DNA of 64,000 nucleotides, taken from NCBI GenBank assembly GCA_030324005.1, contig JARDVH010000031.1, positions 6,562,388-6,626,387 of the forward strand, read 5' to 3'. The notes beneath the pieces were generated by a model. That model saw nothing but the letters and a program-made list of their open reading frames with translations. It did no database searches and was not told where the DNA came from. Made by a program: the position numbers and the translations under genes. This stretch comes from Negaprion brevirostris (lineage: Eukaryota). Of this stretch, positions 13,342-26,959 are shown in pieces. The stretch's first letter is position 1; each line of letters begins with the position of its first letter.

Positions 13342-14016
13342 TTCGGAGATTCAGAAATTCGCTGCGTGCGTTTCCGCAAACAATTCCAAACAGGAACTAC
13401 GTCACCGGAAGTCCACCTCACAACCACCAATACCAATATTTAATTTTATTTTGTCAACATTCAGTGACAGATTGTTAGTCTTACACTAGACCATAAGCTG
13501 TTTTAACCTCCTCCCTGTATTATCTCTCGTCACTGTCAGTGATGCCACTGTGATCACATGATCTGAGCACACAGCTCTACGGGTGCCAGTGNNNNNNNNN
13601 NNNNNNNNNNNNNNNNNNNNNNNNNNNNNNNNNNNNNNNNNNNNNNNNNNNNNNNNNNNNNNNNNNNNNNNNNNNNNNNNNNNNNNNNNNNATCTCAATG
13701 TGTAGACTGCACAGTGAGAAAAGCGAACATTCCCTGCTGCCTGGTTCTTTATGATCCATTTGTGCCTCAGTGTCAGCTCCTTTTCGGGCCGTAGGAAATG
13801 ATTCATTCCTACCCTGGTGCCTGTAGAAACTGCAGCGAGATGATCTAACTCATTTTGTTTTCAGCCTCAGTTGGTTGCAGACCAAGAGAGAATTTGGTTT
13901 GTTCTGAACGGAGATCCCAGAGGGGAAGCTTTTTAACTAGCGTGGTGTACCTTGCAGGGTGCTGACAATGTGTTTTGCTGGGTTTCTCTCACTGTGTTGC
14001 TCTCTGTACTCTGCAG

Positions 14017-14320
14017 GCCCCACCGCTGTATGAGCAGCTGTCAGTCCTACTCCACCTTTAGCTCGGAGAACTTCTCTGTGTCAGACGGGGAGGAAGGCAA
14101 CACCAGTGACCACTCGCACAGTGGCACTCCGGACGGGCTGAGCAACAACAACGACGACCGGCTGGAAGACAAACTGGACGACATGCTGTCACACACTCCG
14201 GAAATTCCCATCGAGATATCCATGCAGTCGGATGGGCTGTCTGACAAAGAGTCTGCTGTCCGCAGGGTGAAAACTCAGATATCGCTCGGGAAACTGTGCG
14301 CAGAGGAGCACTGCTATGAA
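14017..14320 (+). CDS. MAP3K13: MAP3K13 penultimate coding exon
   Basis: ctgcag acceptor and GAA|gtgaga donor; 304 nt encoding (R)PHRCMSSCQSYSTFSSENFSVSDGEEGNTSDH...TPEIPIEISMQSDGLSDKESAVRRVKTQISLGKLCAEEHCYE, matching the recalled LZK C-terminus with the SDGLSD hexapeptide. Confidence 0.95.
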
Positions 14321-14794
14321 GTGAGAATCTCATCATTACTTTCCAAGCTCGTTCTCACCAGTTCTCATCTCTAGAGAGTGAGCCAAGAGAGAGAGAGAAT
14401 GAGGGAGTGTGCACACACACCTTTTTAAATGTAGCAAACAAATTCGTTAGGTTGTTAGGAAAGTACACAGAATCCTTTGGTCAAATGGAGACATTTGGTC
14501 CCAAATTAAGGAAGTTATACCAAACCTTTATGAATCATTGATTAGGTCCCTACTGAAATAATGTGCACAATTCTGGGCATCATACTTCAGGAAGAATCTC
14601 AACACCTTGGAGAGGGTGCAGAAGAGATTTCCTAGAATCATACTGCGAATGGGGAACTTCAGAGATATTAGGGAATCTGGGGTTAAAGTCCTTATAGTAG
14701 GGAAGGCGATTAAATAGAGGTTATCAAAATCACAAAGAGTAGGTTTTGATTGGGTAAATATGGGACAACCATTTCCAGTGGCAGATGTGTTGGC

Positions 14795-15182
14795 ATGTTG
14801 TGGAGATGCTGGCGTTGGATTGGGGTAAGCACTGTAAGAAGCCTCACACACCAGGTTAAAGTCCAACAGGTTTATTTGGTATCACAAACCATAAGATTTC
14901 GGAGCGCTGCGTCTTCATTAGGTGAGTGGGAGTTGTGTTCACAAATAGGGCACACAAAGACACAAACTCAGTTTACAATATAATGGTTGGAATGCGAGTC
15001 TTTACAGATAATCAAGTCTTAAAGGTACAGGCAATGTGTTTACCGTCTCCAGCCAGGAGAGTTTGTGAGATTTTGCTAGCCCAGGCATGTCGTGAGGGTT
15101 ACAAATAGGACGACATGAGCCCAGGATTCCTGTTGAGGCTGTCCTTGTGTGTGGAACTTGGCTATTAGTTTCTGCACAACGC
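14795..15182 (-). mobile_element. Penelope-like element fragment inserted in a CR1 fragment
   Basis: Minus-strand ORF VVQKLIAKFHT resembles the GIY-YIG C-terminal region; shares its terminal sequence with 31804-31965 and 56073-56520. Confidence 0.7.
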
Positions 15183-15692
15183 ATATATCTAGGGTTATGG
15201 GATAAGAGCAGGAAAGGAAGACTAATTGGTTAGCTATTTCAAAGTGCCAGCACAGGCAAGGTGCCCCTATGATCACCATTAATGTAATGTTATTCTAGAA
15301 TAGTAAAAATCAGACTTGAATTTATATCATAAAATCTCTACAGTGCAGAAGGGGCTATTGGGCCCATCAAGTCTGCGCCGGCCACAATTCCACCCAGGCC
15401 CTAACCCCATAACCCCATGCATTTATGATAGCTAGTCCTCCTGAACCTAAGAGGTAATTTAGCATGGCCAATCTACCTAACCTGCACATCTATGAACTAT
15501 ATCCCCTTTCATCACCTTGGGATGCTCAAGATGGTTTACAGCCAATAATGTGCTTTTTCAGTGTCTGTGAAGTCATAATGTAGGAAAGACATGAAGCCAA
15601 TTTATGCAGCAAGCTTTCACACACAGCAATAAGATAAACAACCAGGTGAGCTGTTTTAGTGATGTAGATTGAGGGATAAATATTAGGACTCT

Positions 15693-16035
15693 GGGCAGTA
15701 CAGTGGCACAGTGGTTAGCACTGCTTCCTTACAGCTCCAGGGATTCGAGTTCAATTCCAGCCTCGGGCCACTGTCTGTATGGAGTTTGCATGTTCTCCCC
15801 ATGTCTGCATGGGTTTCCTCCGGGTGCTCCAGTTTCCTCCCACACTCCAAAGATAAGCAGGTTAGGTGGATTGGCCATGCAAAATTGCTCCAATACCAAT
15901 AGCCATGGTAAATGTGTATGATTACAGGGGTAGGGGAGGGGAGAGTGTCTGGGAAACATGTTCTGTCAGAGTGTCAGTGAAGACTCAATGGGCCAAATGG
16001 CCTCTTCTCCACTGAGAGGATTCTATGATCTATGA
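15693..16035 (+). mobile_element. HE1-type V-SINE inserted into a DeuSINE-like element (about 15497-16210)
   Basis: Full head, core and tail; flanks join up as one Deu-like sequence (gagggataaatattaggac...aactcctctgttct). Confidence 0.8.
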
Positions 16036-17187
16036 TAACTCCTCTGTTCTCATAGAGTCATACATCGCAAAGAAGACCCATTGAGACTGCATTGACAATA
16101 ACTACCACTAAAGGCATTTTCCTGCACTTGTCCTGGGTTTTCCCCTGAGAAAGCAGATGGGGCATTGATTTAATGTCTCACCCACTGGAGGGAAGTATCA
16201 GTTTAGGATTTTGTGCTTCTACATGACTTAATGGAATGACAACAGTATAGAGGGGCTAATTGACCNNNNNNNNNNNNNNNNNNNNNNNNNNNNNNNNNNN
16301 NNNNNNNNNNNNNNNNNNNNNNNNNNNNNNNNNNNNNNNNNNNNNNNNNNNNNNNNNNNNNNNNNNNNNNNNNNNNNNNNNNNNNNNNNNNNNNNNNNNN
16401 NNNNNNNNNNNNNNNNNNNNNNNNNNNNNNNNNNNNNNNNNNNNNNNNNNNNNNNNNNNNNNNNNNNNNNNNNNNNNNNNNNNNNNNNNNNNNNNNNNNN
16501 NNNNNNNNNNNNNNNNNNNNNNNNNNNNNNNNNNNNNNNNNNNNNNNNNNNNNNNNNNNNNNNNNNNNNNNNNNNNNNNNNNNNNNNNNNNNNNNNNNNN
16601 NNNNNNNNNNNNNNNNNNNNNNNNNNNNNNNNNNNNNNNNNNNNNNNNNNNNNNNNNNNNNNNNNNNNNNNNNNAGGCTGGGTTTTTGCGACTCATGCAC
16701 AAGGACCCTGAGGTCCCTCTGCACCGTCGCCTGCTGCAGTTTTTTGCCAGAGTTGGTCATTTTCAGTACTGATCAGGAGTTTTTGATGATCTGTCTAGTA
16801 AGAGCTGGATATGAAACTCTGAAGAACAAAAGCTCAGAAGGCTCAGAAATGACTGAGGAAATAAGGCCAGCCTGGCACTCCGAGCTGCAGCTGCTGCTGT
16901 GTTTTGGAGAGTTTTCCATTGATTCTGTTTTATTTTGTGTTTACGATGCTATTGTTTCAGCCAGTGTCGGACCTTGGCCGGTTCCATTAAGGGCAAGAAT
17001 AGTTTGACTCTGGTGTTAGCCACAGTTGCTGCTGGTTCCCTGACCAGTTGGGTGAGGTGCTGGAGATCGCCTGGTGTCTGAAGAGGCGTATCCCAGCGGG
17101 ATGCAGTGTCTGGGGGGGATGGGGCAGGAAATGCGGAGATTGTGTACAGTTGTCAGCCCTGACCTTTAACGTTTGTGTTCACCCCAG

Positions 17188-17289
17188 AACCCCATGCACT
17201 TTGGAGAATCGGAATGCGACTCCTCCGAAGCCGAGTGCTCCGATGCCACAGTCCGGAGAGGGAAAGCCTGCAACTCATCCACCTGGTGA
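17188..17289 (+). CDS. MAP3K13: MAP3K13 terminal coding exon including stop
   Basis: ccccag acceptor, phase 0; NPMHFGESECDSSEAECSDATVRRGKACNSSTW* resembles the recalled human LZK end NPMQFEESDCDSSDGECSDATVRTNKHYSSATW*. Confidence 0.93.
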   Translation, partial: NPMHFGESECDSSEAECSDATVRRGKACNSSTW

Positions 17290-20200
17290 AGGAGGCGACA
17301 GGCACCCAGAGAAAAGGAACATGGAAAAGGAGAAATAAACAAAGACTATTTAGAATTCCTGTGGGAAGATACTGCAATAACACAAAGACTCAGATCCTCT
17401 TCGTTGTTCTGCAGAATTCTGTGATGAAGTAATTGTAGAGTTCACTATCATTTCAATCAAGTATGGCAGGGATCCACTTTGTTGAATAACGTGGCTAGTT
17501 TAAACATTCACATTTTATTTTTGTTTGACACTTCATACTGTATATATGTCAAGAATCTACAAGAAGCAAAAGTGCAAAGAAGATGGACAAGGCATCGCAA
17601 GTCTTAAATCGTTTTTTTGCATGGAGTGTAAGGCTCAGGGTANNNNNNNNNNTGGACCAACACTAGGCTGCATTGCTGCACCGACCCAAGACTGATAAGC
17701 GTGCTGGGTAAAGAGAGACCAAAGTGGGCCACGGTTCATGGGGGAGCACTTCTCCTCAAACTCTTCGATGAAGAGGAAGTAATGAAGTAGAGCATACCTG
17801 AATATGTCAGATGTACATAAACTAACTGGTCAGGATATCCAGCTCCACCCAATGGCAAATGGACTGCAGGATTGGAAGGAGTTTAACCACAAAATGCCCT
17901 GTGAATTCTAGGCAACACAGTTTGTTAGCAGTGCTCAGTATTACTGAGGGTGGGGGTGGAAATATGAGCAGGCAGTTTATTAGGGTAATGAGACAAGCAA
18001 GATGGGATGAAAAGGCAGTTGTTAGTCCAATGGTCTAAACAAGGGCTTCTCCATCCCAGGCATGATATCTTCAAACTGTTCCTTCACTGTCACTGGGTCA
18101 AAGTCTTGGAACTCCCATCCTGACAGCGCTGTGGATGTACCTGTACAACATGAACCACAGCAGTTCAGGAAGGTGGCTCACCACCACCTTTTCAATAAAT
18201 GCCGGCCTTGCCAGCAATGCCCGCATCCCATGAAAAAATAATTTTAAAAAATAGGAAGATAGAAGCAGTTCAGTCCCTCAAACCTGTCCTGCCACTCAGT
18301 CAGATCATGGCTGATCTTTACCTCAATCTACATGACTTTGCTCCATTATCTCTTCATATCCAATAAAAGCCTAGGAAGTGTGACCCAGTATTGACCTAGC
18401 ATTCACAAGTTTTTAAAGAGGTCCAGATCCCCACTTGCCTTTGTGTAGAATGAGTGCTTCCTGATTTCATCCCCAACTGGCTCTCATTTTAATTTTGGAA
18501 TGCTGAAGACAGGAACAGAAGAAGCTGGAAATACTCGGTGAGCTGTTGCGATCGACTGAGGGAAATGCATTGGAAAGTACTGCCCTTTTCCCCTGTAATC
18601 TGGTGAATATGACAGCCTGGCTCATAGTCTGAGGCGAGGGATCAGATCCTTTAACCAGCAGCAGAGTGGAACTGTTCCTTCCTGAAATATTTCAGCTGCT
18701 GAAGTATTTCCTGCCATGCAGCCTCATGGTGCTGTGATAACACATGAAGGGTTATCCTGTGACAAGAACTTCCCAGTCCCAAAACGTCCATTTGCCATTG
18801 ATTGGTGCTGCTTCTGTGTCTGTCCCAACCCCATAGTCCTGGATTCTTTCCTTTTCCTTTTTATTCAGAGACTTAAAATGCCTCTTCTTGCACGAGTTGG
18901 AGCAAACAGCAGTCATTTCATTCAGAATGTCACCTCATGAGCATTCGAACATCGCAGAATGATTCTGGACTTCCCGGCCACAGCTCGCCAGCAATCAGGG
19001 ACGACGATGACATTAATTGGACCTTGTTTTTTTTAAGGATGGAAGAATCACAAGACGTAGTCTTGGCTTCTCTATATTGAAGATAAAAGAATCAGTTTCA
19101 ACTGATCATTGCTCTTGCGGCGCAGATTTCAATATGAGACAAATCACTGTAACGCACGCCGCAGGATTCAGAACGAGATACCTCACTGTTCCAGTGCAGG
19201 ATACATTGTTGTGTTGTGCAAATATTGAAATCTCCAGAGATAGCTGATCCCTTTCAGGCTTTTACCCTGCTTATTATCTTCTATTTTACAGAGGTGGCTA
19301 TTCAAATACCCTAACATTTGTCTTTTTTTTAAGGTAGAGTTACTCAGCTCTACAGGATAGCAGGTCACAGGTACAATCCACTGTCTTTCTGCCTTTTTTA
19401 AATTTTTGTTTAAGTTAAACCTAAAGCTGCTATGGATGGGAAGATTAGCCAGCACTTTGTAGGAATGTGGGCACTTGGGGATGTAGGATTGGAATAAGAT
19501 AAGGCTGGGTTATGACAGTAGAAGATTCTGCCATTTATTCCTTGTGTATAAATGAAGGCTGTAGAAGCTACTGTGACTGTGGAAACAGTCANNNNNNNNN
19601 NNNNNNATAGTAAAATTGGCAGACAAAATCTCAATGGTGGATTAGCATCTATGGTAGGGCAGCTTAGTGTTGGTCCATGGTTACCATCTAACCATGACTC
19701 TCAAGTTCCATTCACTGAGTTTAGGATATCTCCACTCTTTCTCTCTAGGTGCCTTAGGGCCCCTGTGTGCTGAAACTAACTCCTCTCCATTGCAGGTTGT
19801 TGGTCTCATTCCCCCAAACTCTGTTGGCATGGTGATCTTACACAAGGATAGCAGGCCCACTATAAAATGAAACCATTCACATGTATGTCAAACAGAGAAT
19901 CTGAGAGGCTGCAATTGGATCCAGGCAACATTGTATATCATCAATGTAAAGCCCTGGGAGCCCCTTGATTAGATTGTACACTTTGCCAGGTATCTGTTAC
20001 TCTGCATCTAAACCATGTGAAAGCTGGGATTTTTCTGTCCCTACTGTGAGTGTTGAATGAGTATTTTTCAACAGTTCTTCTGAGCTGCCATTTGCTCATT
20101 ACTAGTTAACTCCAGAGCTATTAGATTCCAAAATTCAGTTCAATCTCTCAATTCCAGAGATGCCAAATAATTCCCCAATAAGACACCACAGTCCCAGTTA

Positions 20201-21806
20201 GAACTTGTTGCTTTGGGGAAGTGGTGTGAATTAGCCCAGGTAGTCAAGAGTCTTCAGGACACATGCTGACACATCAACGGACCTACTCATTCACTCTCTG
20301 CCTGTGGCATACTACTAAATTTTCATAGCAGGAGGCTACTTGGTCTTTTGAAAGCTATCTGATTTGTACTGCTTATCCTGTATTCCTGCAATAATTCTTC
20401 CCTTTCAATTATATATCCAAATCTTTGTTGAAAATGAGATTCACCTCAGTAAAATACCAAAACCAGCCATGTTGGAAAAGCCTGAATCGGATGCTGATAT
20501 TCTGGATGGTTCCATTCTTCTCATGTTTGTTTACAATCTCTAGAAGTGTAGACTCTAATCATCCTCACTGTAAATTTTAGCACAAATGTAGTTTTATGAA
20601 GGAAAGGTCATTACTGCCAAAGCAGTATCAGATCATTTTAAATTATTCCTTTGGTTCTGTAGCTGGACTACATCAGAATTCTTAAGTTATCATTGAGGTT
20701 TTGATTGTTTTTTTTTCTGTAGATCAGAATTTTGTTTACTCCCAGAAGGACCTTTTAATTTTTGTTTTGTTTCCTCAGTTCCAATTGCAATTGACCATTC
20801 CAGGAGTGGGATTGTATCAAGCCATGAAATTGAAGTGTCTGAAGGGGTGGTCAGGGGTGGGAGAGGATGAGAAAGCGAAGTAGAACTGGCAATTGGAAGG
20901 GCATGAACTACAATTCTTGGATCAGTGTTGTGGGAACAGTGCACACGTACCTCATTTTCAAGCAGCCCAGAATACAAGGCAAACTGAAAGAAGAAGTTTC
21001 TTTGACTATTTTTAAGTGTTACTTACAAGGATATGGCAATCCTTCCCTCATCTCAAGGACTCAAGCCTAGGAACTCCAGCACAATCTCTTCCTTTCTTGT
21101 TTCTCCTGAATTCCCTCTCTGCTACAATCTTCTTCTTTCCCTGAGCCCTTACCGTACGGAAATCAGGATTCATCTCTTAATTCAGTTATCACTAGTATCT
21201 CAGATTTATGGAACCAATCAGGTTAGCTGTGTTGCAGGAGATTTTGTAACATGGCCTCCTGGCTCCAACTCATTTTAGTCACCTTGACATGACTATTTTT
21301 GCAGGGGCCAGCCTTTCCACAGCTATTGAATAGTATTAGCTTCTTTTCACCATCTCCAATATTTTTTATATAACTAATGTCCAAAAAGTATTTAAAGAAA
21401 ATGGAATGAAGGTGATTTTTTTTAATAATGCTTTATGATATTTCTCCTGGGTTTATTTGCACCATTGTCAGCAAGATCAAATTTTAATGCCCCATGTGAA
21501 AGCAGAAAACCCAGCTGATGCATTAGGTTGATGACTCCTGCTTGTATGCCAGCATTTTCTGTTTCATTTCAGATTTTCAACATCTATAATATTTCACTCA
21601 TGTTTTAATTCCTAATAGGAGGACAACCCTGGTGGAATGTTTGACACTTTGCTTCCTCTGGATCATGTTTTTTTTAAACTCATCCACATATTGAGTTATT
21701 CTGTCTTCCTACTATTCAGCCACCCAGGGGGCTTGCACATAGGCTTCTATGTTCAGAAAGAAGTTGCTCCCACCCCATCAGTGCTGTTCTCTCTCACTGG
21801 CAGCAT

Positions 21807-22140
21807 ATCATAGAATCCCTACAATGCAGGAGGTCATTTGTTCCATCATATCTGAAGCAACTCTGACAGAGTATCTTATCCAGGCCCTCTTTCCTTCCCN
21901 NNNNNNNNNTAATCCCGCACACTTGACTAATCCATTTAACCTGCACATTTTGGGGCAATAAGGGGCAATTTTACTGTGGCAAATCCACCTAACCCACATA
22001 TCTTTGGACTTTGGGAAGAAACTGGAGTATATGGAGGAAACCTACACAGACACAGGGAGAATGTGCAAACTGCACACAGTCACCCAAGGCCAGAATTGAA
22101 CTCTTCCTGGCACTGAGGCAGCAGTGTCGTTGTGCTGCCT
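21807..22140 (-). mobile_element. HE1-type V-SINE
   Basis: catagaatccctaca tail, V-core and head on the minus strand. Confidence 0.8.
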
Positions 22141-22838
22141 GTATTCTCACCAAATTAGAAATTCCTTTCCCAGTTCATTGTCTTTTAAACACCTAGTTTT
22201 TTTTAAAAAAGACAAGTGATCATCTTGAGGTTTTTGCACTCTGGGCTCATGTATGAAGCATCAGCCAGACACTGGCTTAAATACAATTGGGCATTGCAGA
22301 TCTTTACAGCCCCCCCTCCCACTCCTTCTTTGCTGCNNNNNNNNNNNNNTATTGCTGGCATCAAGAACCCCCACCCTGCCTTTCTCTACCCCATTTTCCC
22401 TGTCTTTCTCTCATTCCCTTCCACCCTAATTTACACAGCCCCATCCTTTATTTCTGCCCCACTGTAATTCAAACTGCTTCACGTTGTCTCTTCCTACCTC
22501 ACCTGAGGATCAGATATGATGCACTAATACTTCAAATGGGGCATGCACTTTGGTTGGAAGTTCAGTGTGACCTCATTGTAGTTTTAGATGGTTCTCTAAT
22601 GCAAATGATATATTCCCTAATAACCCCATGAGTGGAACCTTATCAAATATCAGCTCAATAAAGTTATGAGATATTGACTTGAATCATTTACTACAAGTGC
22701 ATCATGCATTGACCAATAGATACAGCAACTTGCAAGCAGGAAGCTGAACCAGATCCTTACGTGTTTCCTCCCCCCAGCCCAACGTTGACGTTAAATTAGC
22801 CCCTGCTCCTGTAATGAAAAGGGATCCTATTTGCTTTA

Positions 22839-22844
22839 AATAAA
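22839..22844 (+). terminator. Candidate distal polyadenylation signal of MAP3K13
   Basis: AATAAA followed by GT-rich cctgtttgttgctgttgagtg; other AATAAA motifs lie closer to the stop (e.g. 17334-17339), so the real site is uncertain. Confidence 0.35.
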
Positions 22845-23180
22845 CCTGTTTGTTGCTGTTGAGTGGGATTCACTCAGCTACCAAGACAAGCTATTGCAGG
22901 GGTCATTTTTAGCCAAGTCCGCATTACTGTTCAGGCGTATGATAATATGCTGAATAGGATTTTCAAAGGTTTTGAGTGTAAGGGAAGCAGGGCCCCTGCC
23001 AATCGATGTTTAGTTTCAGAATTGCTTCTTGTGCTTTTCTGCCCTCCTTGTCAGCACTGTGACAACCAGCTGTTGGAAGCAGTAGTTCCAAACACTGATG
23101 CTACACCTCGTCCCTATCTATGGGCTGCTTCGTACTATACATTTGTCTAGCCCCCTAAAGTTTAAACCACTTTCTGCCTA

Positions 23181-23455
23181 GGGGGTGGCACAGTAGTTAG
23201 ATCTGCTGCCTCACAGCACCAGGGACCCTGGTTCAATTCCAGCCTTGGGTTGCTGTCTGTGCAGAATTTGTATGTTTTGCCCATGTCTGTGTGTGTTTCC
23301 TCCCATAGTCCAAAAGATGTGCTGGTTAGATACATTGCCCATGCTGAATTCTCCCTCAGTGCACCCAAACAGGCAGAGTGTGGCAACTAGGGGATTTTCA
23401 CAGTAACTGCATTGTGGTGTGAATGTAAGCCCACTTGTGACACTAATAAATGAAA
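23181..23455 (+). mobile_element. V-SINE, second tail type
   Basis: Same head and core, but tail ...ggggattttcacagtaact...gtaagcccacttgtgacactaataaa. Confidence 0.8.
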
Positions 23456-24399
23456 TTTTAAAATTTAAAACATTAATCTTCCAACATCACAAGTTGCTGA
23501 TCCTGTTCTTATTTAGGTTTTAATCATCTTAAGGTTGACATCACTAAAAAGTATGGGAACAGGCCATTGACTCCCTCAACTTATTCTACAATTCAATTCA
23601 AAAATCTATATCTCTGTCCTNNNNNNNNNNCCTTGACCCATTCTGCATCATTCCATGCCCAATGTATGGCTTTGTTCCATTTTCTTTGATTCCCTTATCA
23701 AACCAAAAATGTATCTGAAAAATCTATACTAAGGCAGCCAATAAATCTGAATGTGAATTGGGTTGAGGTGTCAGGGGCCTGCAGTTTGAACATTGTCTTG
23801 TACATGGTAATCATTGGTTAATGCTGTTGAATCTGTTTTTATACTTGCTTTACATTCCACCAAAGTACCACATTGACTTTCCCCTTAATGCTTTTGTTGA
23901 AACAACTACATGCCCCCCTGTTGGTGCAGTTATTCCCTTGCAATTAGGAGACAGACAGTAGTGTTGTTCTGTTTGTATTAAATTGAGAGGTCCACCTGGC
24001 ACCATGAACTCTGGACCATTTCATCTGTTCTCCATGCACCAAGGGTGAGTTGATCTGGCTCAAACTTCCCCACCTCAGTGGCTTCCTGACAATAACAAGA
24101 GCTGATTGTTTAACTGATCATGGCAACCAATGTACAGTGATGGGGATCAGAGAAAGTACGAGAGCAAAAAAATGCATGGAATTAAAAGCCAGTGTACTGT
24201 ACAAGGTTGTGTGGTCTCCAGTACTGTTCTGCATATGACACACTGAGCATACACAGGGTAACTCAATTCTGGGGGTGTCTCACACACACCTTAATGTGGG
24301 ATGGAGGGTCCAGAGGCTAACCTATTCTAGTATGCTCACATGTACATTCAGCCTAATCTTGGTGGGGGCAGGGAGTTTACACAGGATCTCTTTAATCTT

Positions 24400-25565
24400 G
24401 GAAGGGAGTGGTCATGCACAGGATCGTACTGATCTGGAAGAGTTACACAAAGGTTCACTGATTGAGGGAAGAGATGTGGATGTAGTTTATAATAGATTTT
24501 AGTAAGGTGTTTGACAAGGTCCCACATGGCAGACTGGTACAAAAACTAAAATCACATGGGATTTGGGGTGGGCTGTCTATAGTGGTGGAAGGATATAGCT
24601 AGTGGTGTTCACAGGGATCAGTGCTGATACCTGTCATTTGTACTATATATAAATGGTCTGGTAGAAAGTGTGGGGGGGGGTTCTGATTAGTAAGTTTGCA
24701 GATGAAAAAGATTGAGTTGCTGATAGCACCAAGGATTGTCAAGGATACAACAGGATATAGCCTGGAGACATGGGCACAGAAATGATAGATGGTGTTTAAT
24801 CTAGACAAATGCATGGTGATGCATCATGGATGATAAAATTTAGGTGTGAACTGTAAGTGGCAGAATCATTAGGAATATTAACATATTTCTAATGTTAATA
24901 AGGGGTTTGCAGGTCCACAGTTCCCTAAAAGTGGCAACACAGGTGGCCAAGGTGATTGAGAAAACATATGACATGCTTTCCTTCATCAACCAGGGCATTG
25001 AGTACAAGAATTGGGAAATCATGTTGTAGCTATATAAACCTTTGGTTAGGCCATATTTGGAGTATTGTGTCCAATTCTGTTCACCACACTACCAGAAGGT
25101 GCAAAGAAGGTTCACCAAGATGTTGCCTGGTCTCAAGGGTGTTGGCTATGAGAAGAGGTNNNNNNNNNNNNNNNNNNNNNNNNNNNNNNNNNNNNNNNNN
25201 NNNNNNNNNNNNNNNNNNNNNNNNNNNNNNNNNNNNNNNNNNNNNNNNNNNNNNNNNNNNNNNNNNNNNNNNNNNNNNNNNNNNNNNNNNNNNNNNNNNN
25301 NNNNNNNNNNNNNNNNNNNNNNNNNNNNNNNNNNNNNNNNNNNNNNNNNNNNNNNNNNNNNNNNNNNNNNNNNNNNNNNNNNNNNNNNNNNNNNNNNNNN
25401 NNNNNNNNNNNNNNNNNNNNNNNNNNNNNNNNNNNNNNNNNNNNNNNNNNNNNNNNNNNNNNNNNNNNNNNNNNNNNNNNNNNNNNGAGGCACAGACAGG
25501 GTGAATTGTCAGAGGCTCTTTCCAAAGGCCAAAGGGCCTTTTCCTGTGCTGTACTTTTCTTTGTT
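24400..25565 (+). mobile_element. CR1 LINE ORF2 fragment
   Basis: SKVFDKVPHGRL, SKFAD and VRPYLEYCVQF motifs. Confidence 0.85.
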
Positions 25566-26074
25566 CTAATCTGATGCACTCGCTTATCAGGTCACTAGTC
25601 TGAAAGGGTTGCACACAGAAGGGTACACACCAGAAATGTATACAGTAACCTAAAGCTGTGACATTAGCTACAATTACAATGATGTGACCCAGATTAGGGC
25701 TGGAAGGTGGATCCTTAATCTATCCCGAATCACATTAAAGATAAAGAATGCTCTGACATGTGAAATAGGATAGGACTCAGCTTCAAGAACTTGGCCACAA
25801 GAAATACAAACTGTCAATCCAGTGTGGTGGGTTCAGTGCTCCTCTGACTAGGATTGTTAGTAGTAATAACAGAGTTTACTATCAAATCTATGTTGTACCT
25901 GCCCCTGGGAGAGCTTGATGGGGCAATGTAAAGCAGCATTTCAGATTTGATTAGCGTGAAGCAGCCTTTACAACAATCAGGTGAACTTACTTTATACGTG
26001 AATGTCACATGCCATCACCATTACTAACTCAGGCTCAAAGAAGGTGGATGGACAACACAGATATACTCAAATAC

Positions 26075-26080
26075 TTTATT
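26075..26080 (-). terminator. Candidate distal polyadenylation signal of TMEM41A
   Basis: tttatt on + is AATAAA on -, followed on - by GT-rich gtatttgagtatatctgtgttgtcc; adjacent 26.1-26.7 kb is unique, UTR-like sequence. Confidence 0.4.
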
Positions 26081-26959
26081 GAGGATTTCAAATTCTGCAT
26101 CACTTGTTTAAACAAGTCATATGAAATTTAAACAAACTACAGATGAGCTTCACTTACAGTGGAGCAAATACTGATACACATGCAAATGTAAACACTCCTT
26201 TGGTAAAGTCAAAGTCTTGTCTAGATTCTGCAGCCAAGTGTAGACAAGATTCAATCATTCCCCACAACCGTCTGTTTACAGTCTCAATAGAAAATATCAT
26301 TCACAATATATGCAGCAATGCTGATTTTTGTGTTATAAAAACTTAACAACCATCATGGTTACAAATCCCAGAGGAATTCACTTAAAAAGTATATTAAAAC
26401 TCAATTACAGCGGATCACATTATCCAAACTCCCCATCCTCAGGCATAAATACTCTGATTATACTGCAGCTAGCAATCTTAAATAGTGCACGGCTCTAAAG
26501 GTGACAGCACCTTGTTTTCACTGCCTGGCTGTGACTAACTCTCCTGGTCAGGAGCCAGCTGTGCGCATACAATTCTGCTCCTAGACCTTCCACGTTAAAT
26601 ACGATGAGCGCACAGACAAAATATTTAATAAGGTTTCAGTGTAAGATTGTACAAGGAGTATCAATATGGATCACCTCAGCATTGTTTAAACTTGATCTGA
26701 ATTCACAGTGGACTTATTGGTGCAGAGTTGGAGAATGAAACTGCCCTGCCACTGGAGGGGGGTGGTTATAGGGGGAGGAATATGAAATATAGGATGAGAT
26801 GGCATAAACTTACTGAGAAAGGAATTAAGTGGATTAGTATCTTTCAAAGTACATAAACCACGACTAGGCCTATCCATCGCAGATAGTTCAGCAAGAGAAG
26901 AAATACTAGAGGCTGAATTACAGCCAGCCTAAGTTCTAGTGGACAAATAATTGAAAAAA

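Noticed and set aside
16203-16772. Long ORFs in the track here and at 24956-25614
   Set aside because: Their length comes from runs of N; the real residues are CR1 fragments
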